Below, piece by piece: positions 1 to 12,117 of a stretch of DNA of 64,000 bases. The position numbers and the translations under genes were made by a program. Below the pieces are notes generated by a model. The model was not told where the DNA came from. It worked only from the letters and a program-made list of their open reading frames with translations, and ran no database searches. The stretch spans positions 147,932,001 through 147,996,000 of the forward strand of contig NC_043000.1 of NCBI RefSeq assembly GCF_006345805.1, written 5' to 3'. Every line of letters begins with the position of its first letter. Within the stretch, counting starts at the first letter, position 1. Source of the DNA: Octopus sinensis (lineage: Eukaryota).

Positions 1-480
1 AGAAAATTGTAATTTGTAAGTTTAACGTAGTTTAATTTTTCGAATTTTAACCAGTCGATGACCTCTATTGAGCTAAAATCATTTGCTGCGTCTAAAACTG
101 AGACAACATCCTGTCACTAACCCTAACCCTAAATTTTAGTCTTTCGTTTTTTTTTCTTAATTGTTAAATTAAATTTAAGGATAACAATTAAGAAAAAAAA
201 CGAGAGGCTAAAATTTAGGGTTAGGGTTAGTGTTATTGACACGGTGGTGTCTCAGTTTTAGACACAACAAATGATTTTAGCTCAATAGAGGCTATCGACT
301 GGTTAAAATTCGAAAAATTAAACTACGTTAAACTTACAAATTACAATTTTCTCAAGAAAGCCAAGAGAAAAAAATATTTTATTTTGACACATTCTACCAG
401 TGTACGAAGTTTAAAAGTGTTTAGTTAACTAGAAATTGTGTTGAAAACTGCCGTACAAAAGGAACAGATCCAAATATTTT
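1..480. mobile_element. Foldback/MITE-like element with long inverted arms carrying telomere-type TTAGGG repeats; left arm truncated by the window start
   Basis: 1-166 is the reverse complement of ~182-352. CTAACCCTAACCCTAAA lies at ~117-133 and TTTAGGGTTAGGGTTAG at ~214-230. 309-480 also matches 2983-3158 in inverted orientation. Confidence 0.75.
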
Positions 481-1334
481 TTCACCGGAAATGTATTTTC
501 AAGTTTTTAAAGAGGATCCAAAAAGTGTGACGTATGTGACATCGCACAAAATAACTTTTTTTTATCACCTGAAAAATATTAACTGCTAATTCTTCTAAAT
601 TTCTCCAGAGGAGCATAAAAAGTCTCATGGTGTCTATTTGCATTGGCCTTGTAATTTCAAAAACTGCTAATTGAATTTGCTGGACAACAATGTCTGCTGT
701 CACAATTCTCATTTACCTGGTGTGACCTGTGTAACAAAAATGGATGTGACGTTTTCAAGGAAGAACTGGTCCCATTATCGATATCTAGTGGAAAATTAAC
801 CACTTCAACCACTAACCATTATAGGATTATGATGATTTTTTTTGAGCATTCTTAAAATTTTTGAAAACCTGATTTGGTTTAACTTTTTTTTTACTATGGA
901 AAGCAGATATATCCATTCAGAATTCCGTTACCCTTAATTGCGAAAGCAGTTTTATATACCAATCTATCTTTTGAGGAATATCATGATTGAAATTATTTAC
1001 TGTAGAAATATGCCGAGTTTATTGAGCCAACGTGACTTATAGAAAATACCAAATCTGTTTTTTTTTGGTCGGTATTTAACATCATTACTAATATGAAATT
1101 TAATTTCGCAGTGAAAAGGTTAACTTTCATGAGAATAGCTCTGTAAAGCTGGGCGATCGCACGGGGCGCTAAAATCAGGCGGGAGTGTCACAGATAGCTT
1201 ATACATCCAATTAAAAACACGGATATTTCGTAATAAAGATATCAGGTGAAGTCATTCCCGGAACAAAGAAGAATGAAAGAAGATGTGGGTGGACTCATGT
1301 GATCTATGACCAATCAGCTGATTTGGCATGTTTC

Positions 1335-1712
1335 GTGTGGTTAAGAAGCTCGACTTGAGCCATGTGATTTCGGGTTCAATCTCACCGCACAGCACTTTGG
1401 GTCAAATTCATTTACAAGGTATTGGTCGACCCGGGAGTGTAGTAGAGAATTTCTACTATACTCCCGGGTCGACCAATACCTTGTAAATGAATTTGGCAGA
1501 CGGAAACTGCGTGGAAGCCCGTTGTACACACGCACACACATATGTGTGTATTTGTCCCCATTCCACCTGACAAACGGTAGTAGTTTATGACCCCGTAATA
1601 CAGCGCTTCGGTAAAAGAGATCGATAAAATAAGTTCCAGACTTTAAAAATAGGTATAGGGATCGATGTGCTCAACTAAACATACTATATAGTGCTTCAGC
1701 ATGGCCTCGGTT
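1335..1712 (+). mobile_element. Diverged tRNA-headed SINE (family 1) with an internal foldback
   Basis: Head, core, (CA)n and tail are collinear with the full copy at 41146-41556. It carries a 44-bp inverted duplication at 1403-1495. Confidence 0.75.
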
Positions 1713-2982
1713 CAATCGTGGAAACAAAGAAGAGGGTTACTTTTTTTTCTTTTTCTTTTTTTACTTGCCTTATCTAGAAGGGGTAGTGCGCATGACCTTT
1801 GCTGCCCGCTCCCCAAACGTGATAAAGAGAAAAAAAAGGTATCCTGAAACCAGAGTCGGCTCCGCTAAAGGCATCCAAGGTGCCAGGTAGTGGCGTTAAA
1901 TCGGTCGACGAATTATGTCTACCATCCAAAAACCACGACGATATTTGAACTCATGACGCAAAGAGCCGAAACAAATATTGACGTCCTCAAAGTCCCGTCA
2001 ATCCACTGCCTTGGACTTGTATGTTTTCTATCTTAAATACTCTGAAAGGGTGAAAAGCGAAGTTAACTTCAGTAGGATTTGAACTCGGAGCAAATACAGT
2101 GAAACATTCAAGCCAGTGCGTTAACAACTGTGGCAATTCGCCGCCTCGATAATTTGACAGGACATATTTTTCGGCTTTTTTCTCAGCTGATATAATACTG
2201 ATGATGGTTGGAGGATGTTGTAAAAAAACAATTGGAGACGGCTCTCATTGTAGAACAAGGAAAAGGGGAATTATAATCTAAAGCTAGGAACTTTGCAAAG
2301 ATTGTCTTTTGGCGCTGAATATCCTGCTCCCATCTGCATGGCCCATATTTTCGAAAAATTTTGATAAAGTGATCTTATATCTTGCTTGTTGTTTTAGATT
2401 ACAAATATCGAATGAATGTTTTTGTCTTCTGTTTGCACATATAATTTCAGTTATTCCAAAATGTTCAACTAATATATGTATGAGTCTTTATGTTTATTTG
2501 TATTTAGTTGACAAAAATTTTCATCGGATATTATTTTCCTTCGGTTTTAATGTCTGCGCTGCTAAAACATCACACCCATTTCGTGTCTTTTGCTCTTGAC
2601 TCTTTATACTTATAATTGTATAGATGAATAAAGACAGTCGGGAAGATACACACAGGTACTAGTATAAATAGAAGAACCACAGTTTAAGGTTAAGTACTGA
2701 CTAAGACTGTAAAGAACAAACATTTGCTCGTTCAGATAATGATACAGAAAGTTCTGCTGTTTCTTTAGAATTTCTTAACTCAAAAGTCTATCCCTGTTGT
2801 GTAGCCGGTTTTTCAAGAAAAATACTACAACTCCTATTTCTGTTGCAGTGAGAGACCGGCCGCTAGCGCACGCACGCATATCATATATACATATCTATCT
2901 ATCTGGCTATGTGTGTGTGTGTGTGTGTAGTACTATCGCTTCCTTCCACAGTTTTCATCTGCCGAATTCCCGAGACTAAAGT

Positions 2983-3158
2983 AAAATATGCTTGGATCTT
3001 TTCCTTTTGATGGGCGGAATTCAACACAATTTCTAGTTAACTAAACAATTTGAAACTTCGTATACTGGTAGAATGTGTCAAAAGAAAACATTATTTTCAT
3101 TTGGCTTTTTTGAGAAAATTGTAATTTGTAAGTTTAACGTAGGTTAATTCTTCGAATT
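2983..3158. mobile_element. Partial copy of the foldback/MITE family at 1-480
   Basis: Reverse-complement match to 309-480, e.g. TTCAACACAATTTCTAGTTAACTAAACA and GAGAAAATTGTAATTTGTAAGTTTAACGTAG. Confidence 0.75.
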
Positions 3159-4051
3159 ATCCAAAGTGTCACACAGAAGGATCGAACCTGGACCCATGTG
3201 GTTACAAAACCAACTTTTTAATCACATAGCTATACATGTGTATGGATAGATGAATGAATAGGTACATAGATGCCTGCATATACCGTATAGTCTTCGGAGT
3301 GATGACTAACTAACACACAGAAACGTACAAGCTAAATATTTATCCTAGGAATTAGTGCGTTAAATCTGGTCAGTTAATGAAGCCTATATCATCAGTATTG
3401 CCCTGATTAACATGTGATCAGCTTTATCGATTAAATGTAGATGGGGAATAAAAGCTGGTGTGAAATGAAGTGAAAGATTTAAGTTGTATTAGATTCAGAA
3501 TCGAAATAATGTTGCTGGCTTTGATCGCTGGGAGGTCAGCTTTTACTCTGTAGCGATCAACACACACACACACACACACACAACGCACTCTCTTTCTCTT
3601 TTCAATAACCTGTATGTGTACACGTGTGCATAAATATACATGTATGTATATGTATCTATGATATTTGTGTGTACCTGCCATACCTGCATACACACATATG
3701 CGTGTGTGTGTGTGTGTGTGTGTGTATGTATATAGGTCTAGTAGTATAATCATTGAGAAAATTAAAGGAAAAGAACTCACTTCATAACGTAGAGTATAGT
3801 TATATTCGTTCTCTATAGCATACTACTCATTCGAGTATATGTGCGTTTATATGCGTGTGAGTGTGTCTTATTGAAACAACGTGTGGCGAATGTTCTATGA
3901 TAGACATGAATATCATTCTGAATAAAAATGTCATGTTTAAATGGCAGTACAGAAGCTTCGTATCAGAGGAAATTGTAAAACAAAAATGGCAAATACAGAC
4001 ATCTTATACATGCACATTATATATATATATATAGGCAAAATGGAAACTTAC

Positions 4052-4111
4052 TTTTTCCCTTTTATATGATTGGTGACAACGATTCGGCGATTGAAGAAAT
4101 TTCCTTGTCTC
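4052..4111 (-). other. Candidate 60-nt exon of an unidentified host gene
   Basis: Minus strand shows branch TACTAAC (4153-4147), a pyrimidine-rich tract, AG acceptor (4113-4112) and AA|GTAAGT donor (4051-4046). Two frames are open: RQGNFFNRRIVVTNHIKGK and ETRKFLQSPNRCHQSYKREK. Confidence 0.4.
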
Positions 4112-5380
4112 CTAAGTTCAATGAATGATAATGAATAAGAGTAGTGGTTAGTAAGAACGTTTGTAAGTGTTTGTATGAGTGTGCGCGTGTAATATATTAT
4201 TTTCTTTAGTTGGAGAAGATTTCTTTTGGTAATATATATATAAATACACAAAAATTTCCTCGCATAAATAAATATACTTGAATGTAATGTGTATATATTG
4301 AACGCGTGTTTGTATTAGAAAAGTGTACTGTCAGAAAAAAGGAAAGCGTGATAGATTGTTGTGGATAGCTTAAAGTGAAAATGAAAGTAAATTCGAAGTG
4401 TGACGACCAGGTGCAGGCTTTTTTTTTTTTTTGTAGATTCTGTTGCTTTCTCCTCTTCGGAAATCACGAAATTTTTCACATGTCCTGAAGACAGATCAGC
4501 CAATAAATCTCCCTTAATGTATTCTGGAGTGTCCCGTATATACTGACGTTATGTGGTTAGTAGCACTACGTGGACTGGTATTTCCTCTCTAAACTGCATG
4601 GCTACCAACTTCATCACTGTTGATGTAGGAATCCCGTCGTTCATAAACAAAAATAACTTGACCGAATATTCCGAGGCTAACACCAATCGATTAGCTTATC
4701 CTATATTGTTGTCAATATATTGAACATGATGACGTGATGGGCTGTATGGCTATAAAGACTCTCTGGAAAGAGTTGTATTACAACTCTACAAGTAGTTCTA
4801 ATTAAACGCTGTTTCTTAGTCTTCTTGAGCAACAGCTATGAATATACACTTTGATGTATTCAGGTGTTTATATAGATATATATATAAAAGAGTATCTAGC
4901 AAAACCGATTGTTAATTATATAATTAAATCGAAGTGGCAGTTTCACAGAGGCAAATACGATGATACCGTAAAAGTGAGGCTGGAAGCTGATGACGTCGGT
5001 TGTCTCTTTATATAGTAGTAATTTCCATTCATATATTTCGTCATTCACAAAAAGAAAAGAAAAAGAGCAGAGAAAGAAAGAAAGAAAGAAAGAAAAATTG
5101 CTAATTTTGGCGCCAGAACTATTTTCATCCGGTAGCATTTTCACTGAATATCGAAAGTAATAAAGTAATTATATTACTAATTTATACGATTTTCTCTGAG
5201 GGATTTTCAGTAAAATAATTTGTTTCACTTAAAGCAGAACCACGCCAGTGATTTTCTTCTTTCATTCACTACTTTTTCTCATCTCCCCACCCCTCCCTCA
5301 GGATATATGAAGAAAGAATGGTTCCATGTATGAATACATACATACGTATATGTATATATTATACACACAGATGTGTAAAT

Positions 5381-5977
<597 letters not shown>

Positions 5978-6385
5978 AATCCCTGGTGTTGAAGAAAGAA
6001 TGGATTTCAGAAAACCCTGCCATAACATGAAATTTACCACTCTTGCAAAAAGGCTCTTAGCCATCCCTGTCTTCTTATTCAAAACCACATGAGATGCAAA
6101 TTAAGCTTTGCGTAACCTGTGAAATTCCTTAGATTTCTGAAATGATACACAAGTTGGGGGCATTAATTTCCTATTATCAGTTGTGTTTCCTCCCAGAAGA
6201 AACATCAGATGATTCTTTAGAGGCATTAAATCCTGGTTATGTTTTTTTTTTCCTTTTCTAAAGAATAAAAATTCTACCAGGCATAAAGTTTCTAGAAAAA
6301 TGCAGACTGTGTCTTGAAATTAGCAGTCATACCTTATTCCCATATGCGCAAAGTCCCATCGTAAACAGAGGAAGCCTGTATATAT

Positions 6386-6422
<37 letters not shown>

Positions 6423-6477
6423 GATAGATATAGAGAGATAGATAGATTACATTTATATATATATATATATGTAAGAC

Positions 6478-6537
6478 AAATAAGTAACAAGGGTGTCCAG
6501 GTATGCATTTATACCTGGACATCCTTGTTATTTATTT
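6478..6537. repeat. 27-bp-arm palindrome (tiny MITE-like relic)
   Basis: AAATAAGTAACAAGGGTGTCCAGGTAT gcattt ATACCTGGACATCCTTGTTATTTATTT; 2 mismatches, both G-T. Confidence 0.8.
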
Positions 6538-6590
6538 GCCTTTTAAGTACCTAATTCAACTGAATCTTAATTATTATATATATATATATA

Positions 6591-7000
6591 TCTTTTACTC
6601 TCTCTCTTTTACTTGTTTCAGTCATTTGACTGCGGCCATGCTGGAGCACTGCCTTTAATCGAGCAACTCGACCCCGGGACTTATTCTTTTGTAAACCCAG
6701 TACTTATTCTATCGGTCCCTTTTGCCGAACCGCTAAGTAACGGGTACATAAACACACCAGCATCGGTTGTCAAGCAATGCCAGGGGAACAAACACAGACA
6801 CACAAACACACACACGCATATATATATACATATATACGACGGGCTTCTTTCAGTTTCCGTCTGCCAAATACACTCACAAGGCTTTGGTCGGCCCGAGGCT
6901 ATAGTAGAAGACACTTGCCCAAGGTGCCACGCAGTGGGACTGAACCCGGAACCATGTGGTTGGTAAACAAGCTACTTACCAGACAGCCACCCCTGCGCCT
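6591..7000 (-). mobile_element. tRNA-headed SINE family 1, full length
   Basis: Minus strand has A-box-like TGGCTGTCTGG, B-box-like GGTTCAGTCCC, core, central (TA/TG)n, and a tail ending GACTGAAACAAGTAAAAGAG. Confidence 0.9.
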
Positions 7001-7235
7001 ATTTATTTTTTTTTATTTATGTGCCCTTTTCAAGCCTAGCCAGGCTCATGGGCCCAGTCTCCCAGTTTCTGTGGCGTATGTGTTCCTCCCCAGCTGGACG
7101 GGACGCCAGTCCATTGCAGCATTACTCAAGAAACAGGAAGAGAGAGTGAGAGAAAGTTGGGGGCGAAAGAGTACAACAGGGGTCGCCACCCCACTCCTGC
7201 CAGAACCTCGTGGAGCTTTTAGGTGTTTTCGCTCA

Positions 7236-7266
<31 letters not shown>

Positions 7267-7386
7267 GAGAAAGAGGATCTTCAATTTTAGGACATCAATT
7301 TCACTCTTAGTTTTTTTAAATCTGTAGGTAATATCAGTTCATTTGGTGGCTTGCGAAGTATATATATTGATATATATATTGATACC

Positions 7387-8995
7387 TACAAGGTGTTCAG
7401 GTTAAATTTGATTAATATTTTTTGTCTCCTTTTTTTTTCAAGAACATCTTGATGTATTGGTGAACTGTCAACAGTGTTGGAGTGCATAACGATTAAAGTT
7501 GTAGTTAAGTTAGAATTATTTGAAACAGAGGACTGGAAGCCATCTAAATATTGGAAAACGGTTACCTGTATCATGATGATCTGCACCAGGTATCAAAGTG
7601 CCAACATCACAGCTGTTAAAGTTTGTAAGACTTGACATGGACAGTTGCAACAGAGTCTATGAAGCTGTAGCCAGCAGGAAGGGACAGAGCAGGTATTGAT
7701 TGCAATTTCTTTATTACCCACAAGGGGCTAACATAGAGGGGGACAATACATCATGATTTGGGGTCATGAGAAACGAATGAGAATTACATAAAAATGATCT
7801 TTAAAAATATATATAAAAATCGAAAACAAAATCGAAGAAATCGGATGATATACAAATTTTACAACACAACATAAAGTAACAGACGAAGTGGGAACACCAG
7901 GATTGCCGACCCCACGAGCCCTGCTTTTCCCACTGAAACTCGGTAGCTAACTCATAGCGTGCTCATGTGGCTACTTTTACTTGCAGCAATCGTGCCACAC
8001 GCTTCCATCTTTTTTCGAACTCTTGCACAGACAGACACCTTTTCTCTAGCTCCACTTTTCTTTTCAGGTGGAACTTTAAAAAGTTCACCAAGGCGGAGCC
8101 TGATTGCATCCACATGTCTGAATTCATCCAACAACTGCAGGACAAGGAGAAAGAAGGTCCAAGCAAGAGAATCTGGGCTTTGGCAAGAGAGATGGGTGTT
8201 GGAGTGACCACCATGAAGCTGACCCTGAATGAGGACTTTTACTACCACTTATACAAGAAGTACAAGGAACAAATTCTGACAGTCAAGGACAAGGAGATTC
8301 TCTTGACAGAGGTGAAGAAGCTCCTAAACAAGCCGAGGCATTCTGTTGAACAGGAGATGATCTGGTTCTTCTCAGATGAAAAGAACTTCTGCCAGGACCA
8401 GTTGCCCAACACCCACATCAATAGGTGGCTGGCCTACAATCCATGGGATGGCCCACATATCATGAAAATCAAGTTTCCCCAAACTGTGATAATCTTTGGG
8501 TGAGAGTGATATTATGTCTCCTCACATCTTTGAACAGACCTTAGGTTCAACTCAGACAACTATATGAAGACGCTGGAGACTGTGGCCAAACCCTTGTTAG
8601 AGAGGGTTGCTACTGGAATTCAAACACCAAGTGGCCTAGCGTATAAAAGACTGGGATACAGTAAAAATTATTAATACAAAACAATAAGAGAGAGTCCACT
8701 ATGTGGACGCTCTAACGCTAGATATAGATCCACAAAGGGAATCCACCACCAAAGAATTGTTCTCAAGGATTCGACTCCTTGCAATCAGAAGGAGTTGTCC
8801 ACACCTTCACCAGTCCCAATTTCTGGCCTCCTAATTCCCGATTATATCTCATGGGATAATATCTGTTGGGAATGATTGAGAAAGAGACCAACTGCTCAAC
8901 CTTCAACACCAAAGGCTGAGTTGGGGGCAAGACCAACAATGTGATTGAAGAATGCATGTGCTAGGTTCTGGAGCCATTTTTGAGTAAAGTGTTAT
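7387..8995 (+). mobile_element. Degenerate Tc1/mariner-superfamily transposon, maT/DD37D-like, interrupted
   Basis: Terminus TA-CAAGGTGTTCAGG at 7387. N-terminal piece DSCNRVYEAVASRK (~7640-7700). ORF 7967-8503 carries WFFSDEKNF...NRWLAYNP...KFPQTVIIFG. Then QDSTPC and FWPPNS motifs at 8765-8840. Has stops, frameshifts and insertions. Confidence 0.85.
8617..8767. repeat. 151-bp dispersed repeat, copy 1, inserted in the maT transposase
   Basis: About 5 substitutions relative to 10207-10357. Confidence 0.85.
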
Positions 8996-9010
8996 TTCCC
9001 AGCCATAATC

Positions 9011-9226
9011 TCTCTTTTATTCTTTTACTTGTTTCAGTCATTTGATTGCGGCCATGCTGGAGCACCACCTTTGGTCGAGCAAATCGCCCCCGGGACTTAT
9101 TCTTTGTAAGCCCAGTACTTATTCTATCGGTCTGTTTTGCCGAACCGCTAAGTGACGGGGACGTAAACACACCACCATCGGTTGTCAAGCAATGCTAGGG
9201 GGACAAACACAGACACACAAACACAT

Positions 9227-9279
<53 letters not shown>

Positions 9280-9445
9280 TATGACGGGCTTCTTTCAGTT
9301 TCCGTCTACCAAATCCACTCACAAGGCATTGGTCGGCCCGGGGCTATAGCAGAAAACACTTGCCCAAGATGCCACGCAGTGGGACTGAACCCGGAACCAT
9401 GTGGTTGGTTAGCAAGCTACTTACCACACAGCCATTCCTGTGCCT
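9011..9445 (-). mobile_element. SINE family 1, full length
   Basis: Collinear with 6591-7000. Confidence 0.9.
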
Positions 9446-9984
9446 AGTTGATATTTTTTTTGAATTTTTCAAAATATTTTTATTTTTGGATGGAATATTG
9501 TGTTTTCTTTTCCTTTTATGCAAACTGTCAAATTTAGCCCAAACACCCTGTGTATAAAAACCCATATATACTTATATGTATACTATCTTACTCATATGAG
9601 TATGGAAAAGTGGACGTTAAATTATGCTGAAGCTGATGGATGTGTGCGTATATGTATGTATGTATATAATATATTGAGAAAAAACATCATCAGAATTTTG
9701 GAAAAAAATCTTTTTATTTCTTCATTATTATTAGCGCTTTAATTCGTTTCTTGAACTTGTCAATGTGAATGTACAAACAGCTTGTTATATATATATAGTT
9801 TTCAAATATATAGTTTTTGAAAATATACGGACACAGATACTGTGTCATATAGCCAGCTAGAAACAATGTTTCTTGGGACTAAAACAACACAGTAACATTG
9901 TCCCTTCCAGGACAGCCACATTATGCTGGCAAATAGCCTTTATTATATATATATATAAATAAAGTCAAAATAATGGTGAAAAAA

Positions 9985-10190
9985 TTGACACCTGTCAGGT
10001 GTCCCGGATGAACGAACTTCACGGCAGGAGGTGCAGATGAGGGCAGCTGCATCGAACTCTCTCATGCACCAAATGGCAGTTGCTAAAAAGCATTCGTGAA
10101 GTAAAATCATGTAGCAACACCAAATGGTGGTGCCCCAGCATGGCCACAGCTCGTGAGCTGAAACTAGATAAAATAAAATAAAATTAAAAG
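9985..10190 (+). mobile_element. 3' end of a non-LTR retrotransposon (probably R4/Dong-like) with (TAAAA)n tail
   Basis: Open frame HLSGVPDERTSRQEVQMRAAASNSLMHQMAVAKKHS*, then CCAGCATGGCCACAGCTCGTGAGCTGAAACTAGATAAAATAAAATAAAA. An inverted copy lies at ~22075-22270. Confidence 0.6.
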
Positions 10191-10206
10191 ATTAATTAGT
10201 AACATC

Positions 10207-10357
10207 AATTCAAACACCAAGTGGCCTAGCGTATAAACGACTGGGATACAGTAAAAATTATTAATACAAAACAATAAGAGAGAGTCTACTATGTGGACGC
10301 TCTAACGCTAGATATAGATCCGCAAAGGGAATCCGCCACTAAAGAATTGTTCTCAAG
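10207..10357. repeat. 151-bp dispersed repeat, copy 2
   Basis: Matches 8617-8767; AATT at the left boundary (10207-10210) recurs immediately after the right end. Confidence 0.85.
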
Positions 10358-10581
10358 AATTAATTCAACACGCCAAGAATGTAAGCGAGCAGGACAAATG
10401 AAAAATAACGAAAAAATAGATTAACTCTATACAATTGTTTCATCATTAATAGATTATGTAATTTTACTTACATAAGTATTTTCGAATCGTCAGTAGAGTA
10501 CATCAGAATATAATTTGTCGAACCGAATGGCAGAATCCACACGATGTTGAACAGAGACGAACGGTACAGCCGATTATATTC

Positions 10582-10645
<64 letters not shown>

Positions 10646-10647
<2 letters not shown>

Positions 10648-11927
10648 CATCATCATCATCATCGTTTAACGTCCTCTTTCCATGCTGGCATAGGTTGGAT
10701 GGTTTGACTTAGGACTAGTGAGCCAGAAGGCTGCACCAGGCTCAATCTACAGCTGGATGCCCTTCCTAACTCCAACCGCTCCGAGAGTGTAGTGGGTGCT
10801 TTTATGTACCACTAGCATGAGGGTCAGTCAAGTAGTTCTGGCAATGACCATGCTCAAAAGGTGTTCTTTACGTACTACCTGCATGGGAGCCAGTCCAGTG
10901 GCACTGGTAACAACCATGCTTTAATGTTGTTTTTCACATGCCACCGGCACATGTACCGGTAAGGCAACGCTGGCAACAATCACATTCGAATGGTCCTTTT
11001 TACGTGCCACCGGCATGGGTACCAATCCATGACCCCGGCAATGATCACGCTCGGATGTGTCTTTAACATTCCCTTGGCATGAGTGCGAATCAAGCGGTAC
11101 TGTGATTGGCCACATCAGCGATTTTGATTTGATTTCGCTTGCCCCAGTAGATCTTCGCAAGCAAAGTTTATTGTCAAATGAAAGAGGGGTACTCATAAGT
11201 GGACTGGTTACACCCCACGCTCGGATGTGCTTTTAACGTTCCACTGGCACTCGTGCCAATCAGGCGGTACTGTCATCGGCCACGTCAGTAATTTTGATTT
11301 TGATTTTGATTTCACTTGCCTCAATAGATCTTTGCAAGCAAAGTTTATTGTCCAATGAATGAGGGATAATCATAAGTGGGCTGGCTACACCCACTGGCAT
11401 AGGCCATGGGCTATGTTCCCACTTGGCTTGTCAGGTCTTCTCAAGCACAGCATATCTCCAAAGGTCTCAGTCATTAGTCATTGCTTCGGTAAGGCCCAAT
11501 GTTCGAAGGTCGTGCTTCACCACTTCATCCCAGGTCTTCCTGGGTCTATCTCTTCCACAGGTTCCCTCAACTGCTCGGGTGTGACACTTTTTCACACAGC
11601 TGTCTTCATTCATTTGCAACACGTGACCATACCAGTGCAGTCCTCTCTCTTACATGCCACATCTGATGCTTCTTAAATCCAACTTTTCTCGCTGGGCGCT
11701 TACACTCTGTCGTGTATGTACTCTGACATTACACATCCAGTGGAGCATACTGGCTTCATTCCTTGCAAGCTTACGCATGTCCTCAGCGCTCACAGCCCAT
11801 GTTTCACTGCCATGTAGAATGGCTGTTTGTATACATGCATCATACAGTCTACCTTTTACTCTAAGCGAGAGGCCCTTTGTCATCAGCAGAGGTAAGAGTT
11901 CTCTGAACTTTGCCCAGGCTATTCTTA
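10646..11927 (-). mobile_element. 5'-truncated RTE-clade LINE (RT C-terminus, 3' UTR, (GAT)n tail)
   Basis: Minus-strand KGLSLRVKGRLYDACIQTAILHGSETWAV...RRLHWYGHV...TWDEVVKHDLRTLGLTEAMT, typical of the RTE C-terminus; tail GTTAAACGATGATGATG. Confidence 0.9.
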
Positions 11928-11954
11928 TTTTATATACATATATATATCTATCTA

Positions 11955-11990
<36 letters not shown>

Positions 11991-12117
11991 ATATGAGATT
12001 TCTAATGATATTTAATTATAAAAGTACAAAAGGATTTTATTGAAACTCTAAATAGTCCATCTGAGTAAAATAGGAATCAAAGGGGTCCACAAGCAAAGAA
12101 ATGGTTGAGAAAGACTG

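Noticed and set aside
482-712. 76-aa minus-strand ORF and nearby splice-like sites
   Set aside because: No recognisable motif, and several mutually incompatible splice readings fit equally well.
4315-4545. Protein-like minus-strand frame RQYIRDTPEYIKGDLLADLSSGHVKNFVISEEEKA
   Set aside because: No ATG or convincing donor, and it runs through an A homopolymer that is better explained as a plus-strand poly-T tract.
7967-8503. Intact or domesticated transposase (178-aa ORF)
   Set aside because: The ORF stops before the second and third catalytic residues; the N-terminus is detached and the downstream region is frameshifted and interrupted.
10455-10500. Minus-strand CTGACGA-TTC-GAAA hammerhead-like core
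   Set aside because: There is no room for stem II and stem I pairing is poor.
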